From the IMG/VR virus record IMGVR_UViG_3300031695_000001: DNA of 64,000 bases; one strand, 5' to 3'. The stretch comes from a virus. This document shows, piece by piece, positions 53,870 through 64,000 of this stretch. Position numbers and translations under genes: made by a program. Positions within the stretch are counted from its first letter, which is position 1. Each line of letters opens with the position of its first letter. Below the pieces are notes generated by a model, which saw only the letters and a list, made by a program, of their open reading frames with translations, was not told the origin of the DNA and ran no database searches.

Positions 53870-56800
53870 ATGTCAACAACCGATAGACAAAATAGGTTAT
53901 TAGTAGCAGAGAATTGGAAACGTATATACCAAAGTTTCCGTAATGCTGACTTTCAAAGTTATGACTTTGATAATTTAAGAAGAACAATGATATCTTACCT
54001 TAGGACTAATTATCCTGAGGACTTTAACGACTACATTGAGTCGAGTGAATACCTTGCACTGATTGATTTGATTGCATTTTTAGGTCAAAACATATCCTTC
54101 CGCATGGATCTAAATGCAAGAGAAAACTTTTTAGAATTAGCAGAACGTAGAGAATCAGTTCTCCGTTTAGCACGGATGCTTTCTTATAATCCAAAGCGCA
54201 ACCAAGCCGCAACAGGTATGTTAAAAGTAACTAGTGTTTCTACTACAGAAGAAGTAATAGATACTAACAACTTTAATTTAGCAAACCAATCCATTCAATG
54301 GAATGACCCAACTAATACAGATTGGTATGAGCAGTTTATTAAAGTAATGAATTCTGCACTACCTGCAAATGGTACATTTGGTCGCCCAATTAAAAAAGAA
54401 AAAGTAGACGGTGTTCCGCATCAGCAGTATAGATTTAATGCTGTTAACACAGATATTCCAACATACGGATTTAATAAATCTGTCCAAGGAAAAAATGTAT
54501 CATTTGAAGTTGTGTCCTCAGACATAAACTCTGCTACAAAGAATGTTGAAGAAGAAATTCCATTAACTGCAAATAGCTTTGCATACCTTTATAAAGACGA
54601 CAGCCGCGGACCTGCAAGTAGTAACACTGGTTTCTTTTGCATGTTTAAACAAGGTACATTAGACAGTGGCCAATTTATAGTTAACAATCCTACAACTAAT
54701 CAAGTAATTGATATAGACGCAACAAACATTAACAACAGCGATGTTTGGCTTTATAAGCTAGACGAAAACGGACAAGAGTCTGAAATTTGGACAAAGGTTG
54801 ATGCAATAGAAGGCAACAACGTTATCTATAATAGTGTTAGTAAAAAGATTAGATCAGTTTATAGTGTACTTACAAGAGTAAGTGACAGAATTAGTTTAGT
54901 GTTTTCAGATGGAACTTTTGGCGAATTGCCTAAAGGTGTATTTAAAGTTTTTTATAGAACTAGTAACAACCAAAGTTATGTTATTAAGCCAAATGATATG
55001 ACTGGAATACAAGTTAGAGTTCCTTATTTAAGTAGAAGTAATACTGTTGAAACAATTACGCTTAATTTGGAATTAAAATACACAGTAGCAAATAGTGCGC
55101 CAAGTGAGTCAACAGAAAGTATTAAACAAAATGCTCCGTCGACTTATTATACACAAAACAGAATGGTAACTGCTGAAGATTATAATGTTGCACCATTGGG
55201 CATTAGTCAAGATATTATTAAAGTAAAATCAGTTAATAGATTTGCAAGCGGAATTAGTAGGTACTATGATTTATTAGATGCTACTGGAAAATATAGTAGC
55301 ACAAATTTATACGCAAATGACGGTATTGTTTATAAAGAAGATTTAGTTAATAAAGATAGTTTTGCATATGTAACACAGACTGATATTGAAAGTGCTATTA
55401 CAAATAAAATAGAACCAATATTAAAAGATAGAAGAGTGTTAAACTATTATCTAACAAACTTTACAAAGATTATTACTTCTGATTTAAAAGCAGAATGGGT
55501 ACAAGTAACTACAGATACTAATAGAGGCACTGGTAACTTAATTGACGAAAGTAGTGCGTCTTATAAAGTAGGAACTTACACAGCAAATAATTTACGTTTA
55601 CTTGAAGCAGGCTCACTTCTTAAATTTGAAGCACCTACAGGCTATCATTTTATGGTAGGCGATAAAACTACACTAATGGCAGGATCTGCAACTCATGCAG
55701 GATCGTTATCTTATAAGTGGGTAAAAGTAATTAGTGTTAACGGTGACGGTACGAAAACTACTACAGCTGGTTTAGGTGCTATTACACTTAATGATAGTAT
55801 TCCGACAACAGCACTATTGACTGAAATTAGACCTAAACTTACTACAGTTATTACTCCAGCAGTTAAAACACAAATCATTGATCAAGCATTTGCAAATAAT
55901 ACATTTGGATTGCGATACGATGTTGCTACTAGACAATGGCGTATTATTACAGAAGTAAATCTAAATACTAATAGTGCATTTAGCACAGGTAAAACTGGTG
56001 ATGTTAGTAGTCAAAATTTAGATGCTAGTTGGTTGTTATGGTTTAAAACAGATGGCGAAAAATATAACATTACATACAGAGCTATGCGCTATGTATACGA
56101 AAGCGACGAAGAGATCAAGTTCTACTACGACAGTAGTGATAAAATTTACGATAATAAAACAGGCAAAATTATTAAAGATAAAATTGAAGTATTAAGCATT
56201 AATACACAGCCTGACTTAACATTACCATTTACATCAGATTATAATTTTGAAATTACAAAAGAATATAGAGATGCTGAAGGATATGTTGATTCAAAGAAAA
56301 TAGAAGTATCTTTCTTTGATGCAGACGACGACGGCGTAGTTGACAACCCAGGATCATTCCTTGATATTGTTAACGAGACAGTTGCTCCTACTACAAAATA
56401 TATATTCCAAAAGAAGTACACTACATCTGACGGTGTTGAAGACTTTAAATACGTAACTGCTACATCACAAAACATAACAGTGCTTACTTCAGAATCAGCT
56501 ATAGGAGCATATAGCTCTTATGATGCATCAACTGTATTTTTTGCAGTTGACACTGGATTATTTAAGAAGTTATCAACTGATAAACTTTCAATATCACAAG
56601 TATCAAACTTTAAAGCATTCATTGGTAGAGCAAGTCTAAAATTTAGATATGTACACGCTGCCGATAATAATAAAAGAATTGATCCTAGTAGCACAAACTT
56701 AATAGACACATTCTTGTTAACACGTTTGTATGACACTACTTATAGGCAGTGGTTAAATGGCGATGTTATAGCACAACCATTACCGCCAAGTAGTGATCAG

Positions 56801-57427
56801 TTGTATAGAAGTTATGGCGCAGAACTAGATAAAATTAAATCAATTAGTGACGAAGTTATATATCATCCAGTAAAGTATAAAATACTATTTGGATCATCAG
56901 CGGAGACTGGGTTGCAAGCAACATTTAAAATTGTAAAGAATATTGAAACTGTTACTAATGATAATGAAATAAAATCAAACGTAGTTAGTGCAATAAATGA
57001 ATATTTTAGTTTAGACAATTGGGAGTTTGGAGAGTCGTTTTACTTCTCGGAACTTTCAACATACGTAATGAATCAACTTGCACCAACTATTAGTTCTATA
57101 GTAATTGTACCAGATGAAGATTCACAAGCATTTGGATCATTGTTTGAGATTAAATCAGAATCAGATGAAATTTTTATAAGCGGCGCAACAGTAGCAAACA
57201 TAGAAATAATAGATAGCATTACAGCAACTAGATTAAAAGCATCCGGCACTGTTATTACAGCAAGTGTTGAAGTTGCAAATACTGGAATACAAAGTTCTAG
57301 TACAGCATATACATCGACAATAAACACCGGAACAGCAAGTTCTAGTTCAAGTTCGTCGAGTTCAAGTTCATCAAGTTCTAGTTCATCAAGTTCTAGTTCA
57401 AGCTCAAGTGGAGGCTACGGCTACTAA
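53870..57427 (+). CDS. g6: Baseplate wedge gp6-like protein, extended, with a poly-Ser-GGYGY tail
   Basis: YDFDNLR, ENFLELAERRESVLRLA..LSYNPKR, FSDG.FG..P, ES.ESIK..AP..Y.TQNRMVTAEDY; late promoter AATAAATA at 53838-53845. Confidence 0.85.
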   Translation: MSTTDRQNRLLVAENWKRIYQSFRNADFQSYDFDNLRRTMISYLRTNYPEDFNDYIESSEYLALIDLIAFLGQNISFRMDLNARENFLELAERRESVLRLARMLSYNPKRNQAATGMLKVTSVSTTEEVIDTNNFNLANQSIQWNDPTNTDWYEQFIKVMNSALPANGTFGRPIKKEKVDGVPHQQYRFNAVNTDIPTYGFNKSVQGKNVSFEVVSSDINSATKNVEEEIPLTANSFAYLYKDDSRGPASSNTGFFCMFKQGTLDSGQFIVNNPTTNQVIDIDATNINNSDVWLYKLDENGQESEIWTKVDAIEGNNVIYNSVSKKIRSVYSVLTRVSDRISLVFSDGTFGELPKGVFKVFYRTSNNQSYVIKPNDMTGIQVRVPYLSRSNTVETITLNLELKYTVANSAPSESTESIKQNAPSTYYTQNRMVTAEDYNVAPLGISQDIIKVKSVNRFASGISRYYDLLDATGKYSSTNLYANDGIVYKEDLVNKDSFAYVTQTDIESAITNKIEPILKDRRVLNYYLTNFTKIITSDLKAEWVQVTTDTNRGTGNLIDESSASYKVGTYTANNLRLLEAGSLLKFEAPTGYHFMVGDKTTLMAGSATHAGSLSYKWVKVISVNGDGTKTTTAGLGAITLNDSIPTTALLTEIRPKLTTVITPAVKTQIIDQAFANNTFGLRYDVATRQWRIITEVNLNTNSAFSTGKTGDVSSQNLDASWLLWFKTDGEKYNITYRAMRYVYESDEEIKFYYDSSDKIYDNKTGKIIKDKIEVLSINTQPDLTLPFTSDYNFEITKEYRDAEGYVDSKKIEVSFFDADDDGVVDNPGSFLDIVNETVAPTTKYIFQKKYTTSDGVEDFKYVTATSQNITVLTSESAIGAYSSYDASTVFFAVDTGLFKKLSTDKLSISQVSNFKAFIGRASLKFRYVHAADNNKRIDPSSTNLIDTFLLTRLYDTTYRQWLNGDVIAQPLPPSSDQLYRSYGAELDKIKSISDEVIYHPVKYKILFGSSAETGLQATFKIVKNIETVTNDNEIKSNVVSAINEYFSLDNWEFGESFYFSELSTYVMNQLAPTISSIVIVPDEDSQAFGSLFEIKSESDEIFISGATVANIEIIDSITATRLKASGTVITASVEVANTGIQSSSTAYTSTINTGTASSSSSSSSSSSSSSSSSSSSSSSSGGYGY
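57338..57409 (+). repeat. 24-codon serine run
   Basis: Mixed AGT/TCT/TCA/TCG/AGC codons, then GGYGY-stop. Confidence 0.9.
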
Positions 57428-60400
57428 TGGCATATAATAACGACCAAAATGAATATCCACTTCCAGTTAATGGCAAATCTAACAGGAAGTCTGCAGAGTT
57501 ACTACCAAGGTATTTTCGAACTGAAGCTAACACTAAGTTTTTAAATGCTACATTAGATCAACTTACAAAGCCCGGTACTGCAAAAAAATTAAATGGATAT
57601 TTTGGAAGAAAAACAGCTAATGCTTATACTCCAAATGACTTGTACATTGGTGATATTTCTTCTCAAAGAGAAACACATCAATTAGAACCTGCACTTGTAT
57701 CTAAAGATATTCTTAATAATGTTTTATTTTATAAAGACTATAATGATTTTAGAAATCAATTAGATATATTAGGCGCAACAGTTTCAAACGAAAGTTTACT
57801 AAACAGCCAAGAGTATTATGCATGGAACCCAAATTTAGATTGGGATAAACTTACTAACTTTAGAGAGTATTATTGGTTACCATCTGGTCCTGCACCTATT
57901 AGTATATTTGGTCAAAATGATGATGTAACAAGTACTTACACAGTAACAAGTGTAGACAATGCAGGAAACAAAGGATATGTGTTTAACGGAAATCTAACAC
58001 AAAATCCTACATTAGAATTATACAGAGGCCAAACATACATGTTTGATGTTTCTGCTCCAGGACTGCCATTTACTATTAGAACTTCACGACAAATTGAAAG
58101 TGACAATGAGTATGCAATTGGTATTACAAATTCAGGAACAGATTTAGGAACAGTTGAATTTACTGTACCTCTAAATGCGCCTGAGAGATTGTACTATGTA
58201 TCAGAAACTGATGTTAACACAGGCGGGACACTTAGAATTGCAGACATTGAGTCTAACACATCGATAGATGTTGTTAGCGACATACTAGGCAAAAAAACAT
58301 ACACTACAGCAAATGGATTTTCGTTAATGAACGGAATGAAATTAAAGTTTGAAGGAACTGTTATTCCGAAAAAGTATGCAACTAATACATGGTATGTTGA
58401 AGGTGTTGGTGATAAGATTGTATTAATAAAAGATAGTGATCTTGTAATTTCACAAGCGTACTCAGCAGACGTAGAAGTATTGTTTGATGCAAATGACTTT
58501 GACAATTTACCGTATAGTACTGCAAGTTCTTATGCGGCAACTAAAGATTATATTGTAATTAATAGAGCTTCTTCAGATAAAAATGCTTGGTCGAGAAATA
58601 ACAGATGGTTCCATAAATCAGTACTTGAAAAAACTGCTGAATTAAACGGCGAAGTATTTGATATTGATCAAAGTGCAAGAGCAAAACGACCTGTTATTGA
58701 ATTTATTGCAGGGTTAAAATTGTTTGAGTTTGGTACTGAAGCAAAAACTGAAAATGTAAACTTAGTTGACACGTTTACAAAAGATGCATTTTCAACAATT
58801 AGCGGAGCAGACGGTTATAGCATTGACGGTGTTGATGTTACCGACGGTATGCGTATTTTGTTCACAGCAGATACTGATCTACTTGTAAACAATAACATTT
58901 ATAAAGTAAAGTTTATTAAACATAACTCTACAGTTGCTCAAATTGCACTAGTTGACGAAACAGATACTACACCAATTAATAATCAAGTAGTGTTAATTAC
59001 ACAAGGTACTAATGCAGGTAAACAGTATTACTATAATGGAACTTCTTGGAAGTTAGCACAGTACAAGTCAAGTACAAACCAACAACCGTTGTTTGAATTG
59101 TTTGACGATTATGGTATTAGTTACAGCAATGCTACAACTTATCCGGTAAGTAATTTTGCTGGTAATAAGATTTTTAGTTATAAGGTTGGCACAGGGAAAA
59201 ATGATGTTGAATTAGGCTTTCCTATAACATACAGAGCACTTGAAAATGTTGGCGATATTACGTTTGACTTTAACCTAGCATCGGAAAAGTTTAGTTATCA
59301 ACTTGATAATGTTCCTTATAATAAAACTACTGAAATTGGATTCTGTAAAACATATACTGATATTGATAGCTTTACATACTGCAACGGCTGGACAAAGGCC
59401 AAAACTAATACAGTGCAAAAAGTTATTAGACAGTACGATGTTACTACTGTAACAACAGACTTTGCTATTGATACTTATAATAATAGTGGATCATTAACTG
59501 ATTTAACTTGCGCAGTACAAGTAAATAGTGCTTGGAGATTTGATTATACATTAGTTGATGTTAACGGAGTTATGACTGTTAGATTTACAACAGCAATTCC
59601 TGCAAAAAGCAGTGTAATAATTAAAACTAATAGTGACACAATTAAAAATGCAAATGGATATTACGAATTTCCACATGCAATGGAAAAGAATCCACAAAAC
59701 GACAAACTTACTTCGTTTACATTAGGCGAAGTTAACGATCATGTATTTTCGATGATTGAAGACATGCCTGGCTTTACAGGTATATTTCCTGGACCAAGCA
59801 ATCTTAGTAACTTAGGAAATGTAAATTCTTATGGTAAGAAGTTTTTACAATATGCAGGCTCGTCGAATATTAGTACATACCATGTAACAGATAGAGATGC
59901 AAATATAATTAAGGCTATTGATCATTCTAGACGCGAATATAGAAAGTTTAAAAGATCATTTATGCAAGCGGCTGACACGTTAGGGTATGATGGCCCGACT
60001 AAGCAACACGTTGACTTAGTATTAAAGAGTGTTAATAAAGATAAAACTAATACTCACCCTTATCACTTTAGTGACATGATTCCGTTTGAAGGATCTAAGC
60101 GTTTAGAATTTACAGTGTACGATATAGAAAATACTTTCTTCTCGCTGAGCGAAACGTTTAGTTTAGCAACACTTTCATCTAAGGCAGTATTAGTATATCA
60201 AAATGGTATTCAGCTAATACACAATAAAGATTATACATTTAATACAGATGGATTTGTTGTTATATCTGCAACTAAAGTCAAAGATGATTTAATTGAAATA
60301 TACGAATTTGGAAATACTGATGGGAGTTATGTACCACCAACTCCTAGTAAGTTAGGATTGTATCCAGTATTTTATCCTGCAATAATTAACGATAATACCT

Positions 60401-63400
60401 ACTTAACAACTACTAAAGTAATCCAAGGACACGACGGTAGCAAGACTGTAGCATACGATGATTATAGAGATGAGTTATTATTAGAACTTGAAAAGCGAAT
60501 TTATAATAACATTAAAGTAAAATATGATACTACTAGATTAGATGTAAACGATTTTATTCCAGGAATAGATAGAGATACAAAGTTTACTAAAACACAAGTT
60601 GATGCAGGAATGATGCGCGACTTTGTACAGTGGACTGAAAGTTTAGGTGATGTTAATTATACTGATAGCAGTAGTTTTTACACTAGAGATAATAGCTTTA
60701 CTTGGAACTACTCTAACATGGCATCGTGGGACGGAAAAGCGATTACTGGTTTTTGGAGATCCGTTTATAAACAAGCATTTGATACAGATCGTCCACATAC
60801 CCATCCTTGGGAAATGTTAGGCTTTACAATAATGCCTACATGGTGGGAAACAACATATGGTCCTGCACCATATACAAGCGACAACTTAGTATTATGGGAA
60901 GATTTACAAGAAGGTAGAGTTAAAGCTACAGGTGTTCCTATAGAAATCATTACCAAATATAAAAGATCTAAATTATTAACACACATTCCGGTAGATGAGT
61001 TTGGCGATCTATTAAGTCCTCAATCAGCAGGATTTACTTCAGGATTTGTTTCTGAAAATATAGACGCATCATTTAAATTCGGTGACGAAGCTCCGGCTGA
61101 AACAGCATGGAGACGAAGTGGTGAATATCCATTTAGTTTAATTAAGTCATGGATATTAAATCAGCCTAATAAAGTAATTGGGTTAGGCTTTGACACATCA
61201 AGAATGAAAAAGTCGTTGTCTGGACAATGGATTTACACAGCATCAAACAAAGCAATAACTCCTACAGATATAGTTTATCCGAATATAATAACCGATCCAG
61301 CAGAAGTATTAACAAGTGGATTAATTAACTATGTTATTGAATACTTAACTTCAGAAGCAACAACTGATGTTGCAAGTTATAAAGAACAATTTAAATTAGT
61401 AAAAAATCAATTAGGAATTAAATTAGGTTCTTTTACTGATAAAGAAAAATTAAAATTTATTTTAGATAGCAGAACTCCGTTTAATAAAGGTAACGTATTT
61501 CTTCCTAAGGAGAATTACAATATATTCCTTAACACAAGTTCTCCATTAACTGTTGCTTCTTACAGCGGCGTAATGATTGAGTTAGCACCGTCTGGGTATA
61601 TTGTCCGAGGTTACAACAGTACTAATCCTGTATTTACATATCTTGATCCTAGGTCAACTAGTACAGATCCAAATATTAATGTTGGAGGAGTATCAGAAAC
61701 ATACCTTGAATGGACTGGAGGACAACGCTACGTAGTTGGAAGCAATGTACAGTATAATAATGTATTCTTTAGAGTAAAAACAAATCATACAAGTACTGAA
61801 TCTTTTGAATCTGCAAACTTCCAAAAACTTGCTGAACTACCAATGGTGGGAGGAGCAACTGCAACGTATAGAAAAGCATTTACAACTGACAAAATTGATG
61901 TTCCTTACGGTACATTATTTAAAACAGTTCAAGAGGTAGTAGACTTTATATTAGGTTACGGTGCTTACTTAGAATCACAAGGATTTACATTTAATTATTA
62001 TAATCCAGAATCACAAGTTGTTGAAGATTGGAAATTAAGTACTAAAGAGTTTTTATATTTTACTACACAAAATTGGACAGCTGGCACAGTATTGTCAGTA
62101 AGTCCGTCAGCAACTAAGTTAGAATTTAAAGCATCGTATACTACCACTGACGACTTATATAATAGCTTTTATAATTACAGCATTTTAAATGCTAATGGCG
62201 AGAAAATATCTGAAAACCTTACTAGACTGAATAGAGAAGACAGTGTTTTCCAAATGCAGTTAAAAGATTCATCAGAAGGAATATACCATGTTATATTACC
62301 TCAAGTACAAGTTGAGCACGTTGCTGTATTAGATAATATTTCAGATTTTAAAGATGTAATATATAGTCCTGCCACTGGTTACCGACAAGAACGTATTAAA
62401 GTATTAGGATATGTAGCCGCAGGTTGGGACGGAAGTTTAAACATTCCAGGATTTGTGTTTGACCAAGCTGAAGTTACAGAATGGGCATCTTGGAAAGATT
62501 ATGCAATTGGCGATGTTGTAAAGTATAAAGAATTTTACTATAGCGCATTAATTGAAGCAGTTGGTACTGAAACTTTTGTTGCACTTAGTTGGGCAAGACT
62601 AGAAAGCAAGCCTACTCCGAAGTTAATGCCAAACCTTGATTATAGAGTTAATCAGTTTGCTGATTTTTATGACCTTGATTCGGACAATTTTGATGCTGAA
62701 CAGCAGAAGATGGCACAGCATTTAACAGGTTATCAAAAGCGTCAATACTTAGAAAATATTATTAATGACGATGTTAGTCAGTATAAGTTCTATCAAGGTA
62801 TGATAGCTGACAAAGGTACACGTAATGCTATTGACAAGTTATTTGATAGTTTAGCAAGTGCTGACAAAGATAGCATAGACTTTTACGAAGAATGGGCAAT
62901 TAAATCAGCACAGTACGGCGCTAGTACAGGCTTTGAAGAAATTGAATATCAGTTAGATGAATCTAAGTTTAGATTAGAACCACAGCCTATTGAGTTAGTT
63001 AACGTTGTTCCAACAGCAACAACTGATTTAGTTTATAGAGTACCGCATCATGATGTATTCTTAAAGCCAGCAAACTATGAAACTACTAGGCTTCCTACAA
63101 AATATTTAAATAAAGAATATATAAAAACAGTTGGATATGTTACAAGCGATGATGTTGATAGAGCAGTAACAACTAAAGCCGGAATATTAAACTTTGCTAC
63201 AACAGACATAGACAAAGGTGCGTATGTTTGGGTATCAACTGATAACCAGTCATGGGACGTATTGAAGCATTTTAATAGTAACCTTGTAGTAAACACAATT
63301 ACACAAGAAGCAACTACTATAACGTTAAATTGTGACAAAACTGTTGACGTAGCTATTGGTGATATTATTGGATTATATAATGTAGATCAAATTGTTGGAA

Positions 63401-64000
63401 CTGATACCGTAGCAACAGCAGTTGAAGCATTTTATACAGTAACAGATGTTTACAATAATAAAATCGAATTTGTTTCTGACAATAATGATTGGGAAAAGAT
63501 TGGAACGTTAACTAATGTAAATGGAATAATTACAAAGTTTACTTCACAAAGAGTTGCTACTTTAGCAACAGCAAATGATTTAAGTACTAAGAACTTACAG
63601 TCATTAGAAATTATTTGGGTAGACGATGACGACAGCGGTAAGTGGAGAGTAATTAAGAACACTCCAGTTTATTCTCAAGCACAAACTATTAAGAGTTCAC
63701 TATCGTTAGATAGTACGCAACATAACTTCGGACATAGTATTGCTGTAAACGACTCTAATACACTTTTAGCAGTTGGTATTCCTAACAAAGGAAACGGCGA
63801 AGTACATATATTCAAGCGTAGCAGTGATGCAAACAATCTTGTATTTGATCAAACAATTAGTGCTCCTATAACTTATGTAGATGTAGGCACATCACAGCAA
63901 TTTGGCGAAAGCGTTTCGTTTAGTCCAGACGGCAAGTATTTAATTATTGGATCACCGTATGCAAGTAACGTAAAGACTGCATATAAAGGAACATATGTTC
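57427..64000 (+). CDS. Giant baseplate/virion protein (>2190 aa, possibly gp7-like), truncated by the window end (not in ORF track)
   Basis: ATG overlaps the g6 stop (TAATG); MAYNNDQNEYPLP...LLPRYFRTEANTKFL; still in frame at the window end. Contains a ligand-less cupredoxin-like module, CBM-like repeats and FG-GAP-like repeats (FGHSIAV...LAVGIP; FGESVSFSPDGKYLIIGSP). Confidence 0.8.
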   Translation, partial: MAYNNDQNEYPLPVNGKSNRKSAELLPRYFRTEANTKFLNATLDQLTKPGTAKKLNGYFGRKTANAYTPNDLYIGDISSQRETHQLEPALVSKDILNNVLFYKDYNDFRNQLDILGATVSNESLLNSQEYYAWNPNLDWDKLTNFREYYWLPSGPAPISIFGQNDDVTSTYTVTSVDNAGNKGYVFNGNLTQNPTLELYRGQTYMFDVSAPGLPFTIRTSRQIESDNEYAIGITNSGTDLGTVEFTVPLNAPERLYYVSETDVNTGGTLRIADIESNTSIDVVSDILGKKTYTTANGFSLMNGMKLKFEGTVIPKKYATNTWYVEGVGDKIVLIKDSDLVISQAYSADVEVLFDANDFDNLPYSTASSYAATKDYIVINRASSDKNAWSRNNRWFHKSVLEKTAELNGEVFDIDQSARAKRPVIEFIAGLKLFEFGTEAKTENVNLVDTFTKDAFSTISGADGYSIDGVDVTDGMRILFTADTDLLVNNNIYKVKFIKHNSTVAQIALVDETDTTPINNQVVLITQGTNAGKQYYYNGTSWKLAQYKSSTNQQPLFELFDDYGISYSNATTYPVSNFAGNKIFSYKVGTGKNDVELGFPITYRALENVGDITFDFNLASEKFSYQLDNVPYNKTTEIGFCKTYTDIDSFTYCNGWTKAKTNTVQKVIRQYDVTTVTTDFAIDTYNNSGSLTDLTCAVQVNSAWRFDYTLVDVNGVMTVRFTTAIPAKSSVIIKTNSDTIKNANGYYEFPHAMEKNPQNDKLTSFTLGEVNDHVFSMIEDMPGFTGIFPGPSNLSNLGNVNSYGKKFLQYAGSSNISTYHVTDRDANIIKAIDHSRREYRKFKRSFMQAADTLGYDGPTKQHVDLVLKSVNKDKTNTHPYHFSDMIPFEGSKRLEFTVYDIENTFFSLSETFSLATLSSKAVLVYQNGIQLIHNKDYTFNTDGFVVISATKVKDDLIEIYEFGNTDGSYVPPTPSKLGLYPVFYPAIINDNTYLTTTKVIQGHDGSKTVAYDDYRDELLLELEKRIYNNIKVKYDTTRLDVNDFIPGIDRDTKFTKTQVDAGMMRDFVQWTESLGDVNYTDSSSFYTRDNSFTWNYSNMASWDGKAITGFWRSVYKQAFDTDRPHTHPWEMLGFTIMPTWWETTYGPAPYTSDNLVLWEDLQEGRVKATGVPIEIITKYKRSKLLTHIPVDEFGDLLSPQSAGFTSGFVSENIDASFKFGDEAPAETAWRRSGEYPFSLIKSWILNQPNKVIGLGFDTSRMKKSLSGQWIYTASNKAITPTDIVYPNIITDPAEVLTSGLINYVIEYLTSEATTDVASYKEQFKLVKNQLGIKLGSFTDKEKLKFILDSRTPFNKGNVFLPKENYNIFLNTSSPLTVASYSGVMIELAPSGYIVRGYNSTNPVFTYLDPRSTSTDPNINVGGVSETYLEWTGGQRYVVGSNVQYNNVFFRVKTNHTSTESFESANFQKLAELPMVGGATATYRKAFTTDKIDVPYGTLFKTVQEVVDFILGYGAYLESQGFTFNYYNPESQVVEDWKLSTKEFLYFTTQNWTAGTVLSVSPSATKLEFKASYTTTDDLYNSFYNYSILNANGEKISENLTRLNREDSVFQMQLKDSSEGIYHVILPQVQVEHVAVLDNISDFKDVIYSPATGYRQERIKVLGYVAAGWDGSLNIPGFVFDQAEVTEWASWKDYAIGDVVKYKEFYYSALIEAVGTETFVALSWARLESKPTPKLMPNLDYRVNQFADFYDLDSDNFDAEQQKMAQHLTGYQKRQYLENIINDDVSQYKFYQGMIADKGTRNAIDKLFDSLASADKDSIDFYEEWAIKSAQYGASTGFEEIEYQLDESKFRLEPQPIELVNVVPTATTDLVYRVPHHDVFLKPANYETTRLPTKYLNKEYIKTVGYVTSDDVDRAVTTKAGILNFATTDIDKGAYVWVSTDNQSWDVLKHFNSNLVVNTITQEATTITLNCDKTVDVAIGDIIGLYNVDQIVGTDTVATAVEAFYTVTDVYNNKIEFVSDNNDWEKIGTLTNVNGIITKFTSQRVATLATANDLSTKNLQSLEIIWVDDDDSGKWRVIKNTPVYSQAQTIKSSLSLDSTQHNFGHSIAVNDSNTLLAVGIPNKGNGEVHIFKRSSDANNLVFDQTISAPITYVDVGTSQQFGESVSFSPDGKYLIIGSPYASNVKTAYKGTYV

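Noticed and set aside
1-64000. CRISPR array, tRNA genes, integrase or transposase
   Set aside because: No regularly spaced identical repeats with unique spacers, no cloverleaf or TTCGA T-loop context in the short intergenic gaps, and no recombinase motifs seen.
1-64000. Stop-codon reassignment or selenocysteine
   Set aside because: Core genes are full-length in code 11; TAA, TAG and TGA all occur as ordinary stops with tight gene packing.

Overview
64 kb of a large T4-like (myovirus-type) bacteriophage genome. It is AT-rich, uses the standard genetic code and has strong GGAG ribosome-binding sites. Left arm (1-29.4 kb, minus strand): a partial SGNH-like ORF, a GT9-like glycosyltransferase, three ~318-aa proteins with ~10% Cys, a cupredoxin-motif protein, and two paralogous pairs of giant fibre-like proteins (1414-1796 aa) with small ~110-aa partner genes. 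Middle (29.5-46 kb, mostly minus): major capsid (g23), scaffold (g22), prohead protease (g21), acidic core protein, a GT29/Maf-like gene, portal (g20), tape measure, a divergent gp26-like tail chaperone, two candidate internal proteins, a minimal GIY-YIG ORF, g46/g47 (Rad50/Mre11-like) and late sigma g55. Right arm (46-64 kb, plus): baseplate genes (tube-initiator-like, gp53-like, hub, gp5 with a C-terminal GH19-like muramidase, CHAP-like peptidase, gp25, gp6 and a >2190-aa wedge ORF running off the end). Late promoters (TAAATA core) precede most structural genes, and two TTGACT-N17-TATAAT promoters drive g55 and g47. Best candidates for something new: (1) a catalytic-domain-only GIY-YIG gene followed by a ~430-nt ORF-free region with minus-strand-specific RNA structure, possibly a nuclease-RNA system; (2) a T_TTT_TTC -1 frameshift that would extend the gp26-like chaperone by 76 aa (G/GT-type arrangement); (3) a Cys-rich and copper-motif virion protein set; (4) structured late 5' leaders. 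All assignments come from motif recognition by eye; no searches were run.
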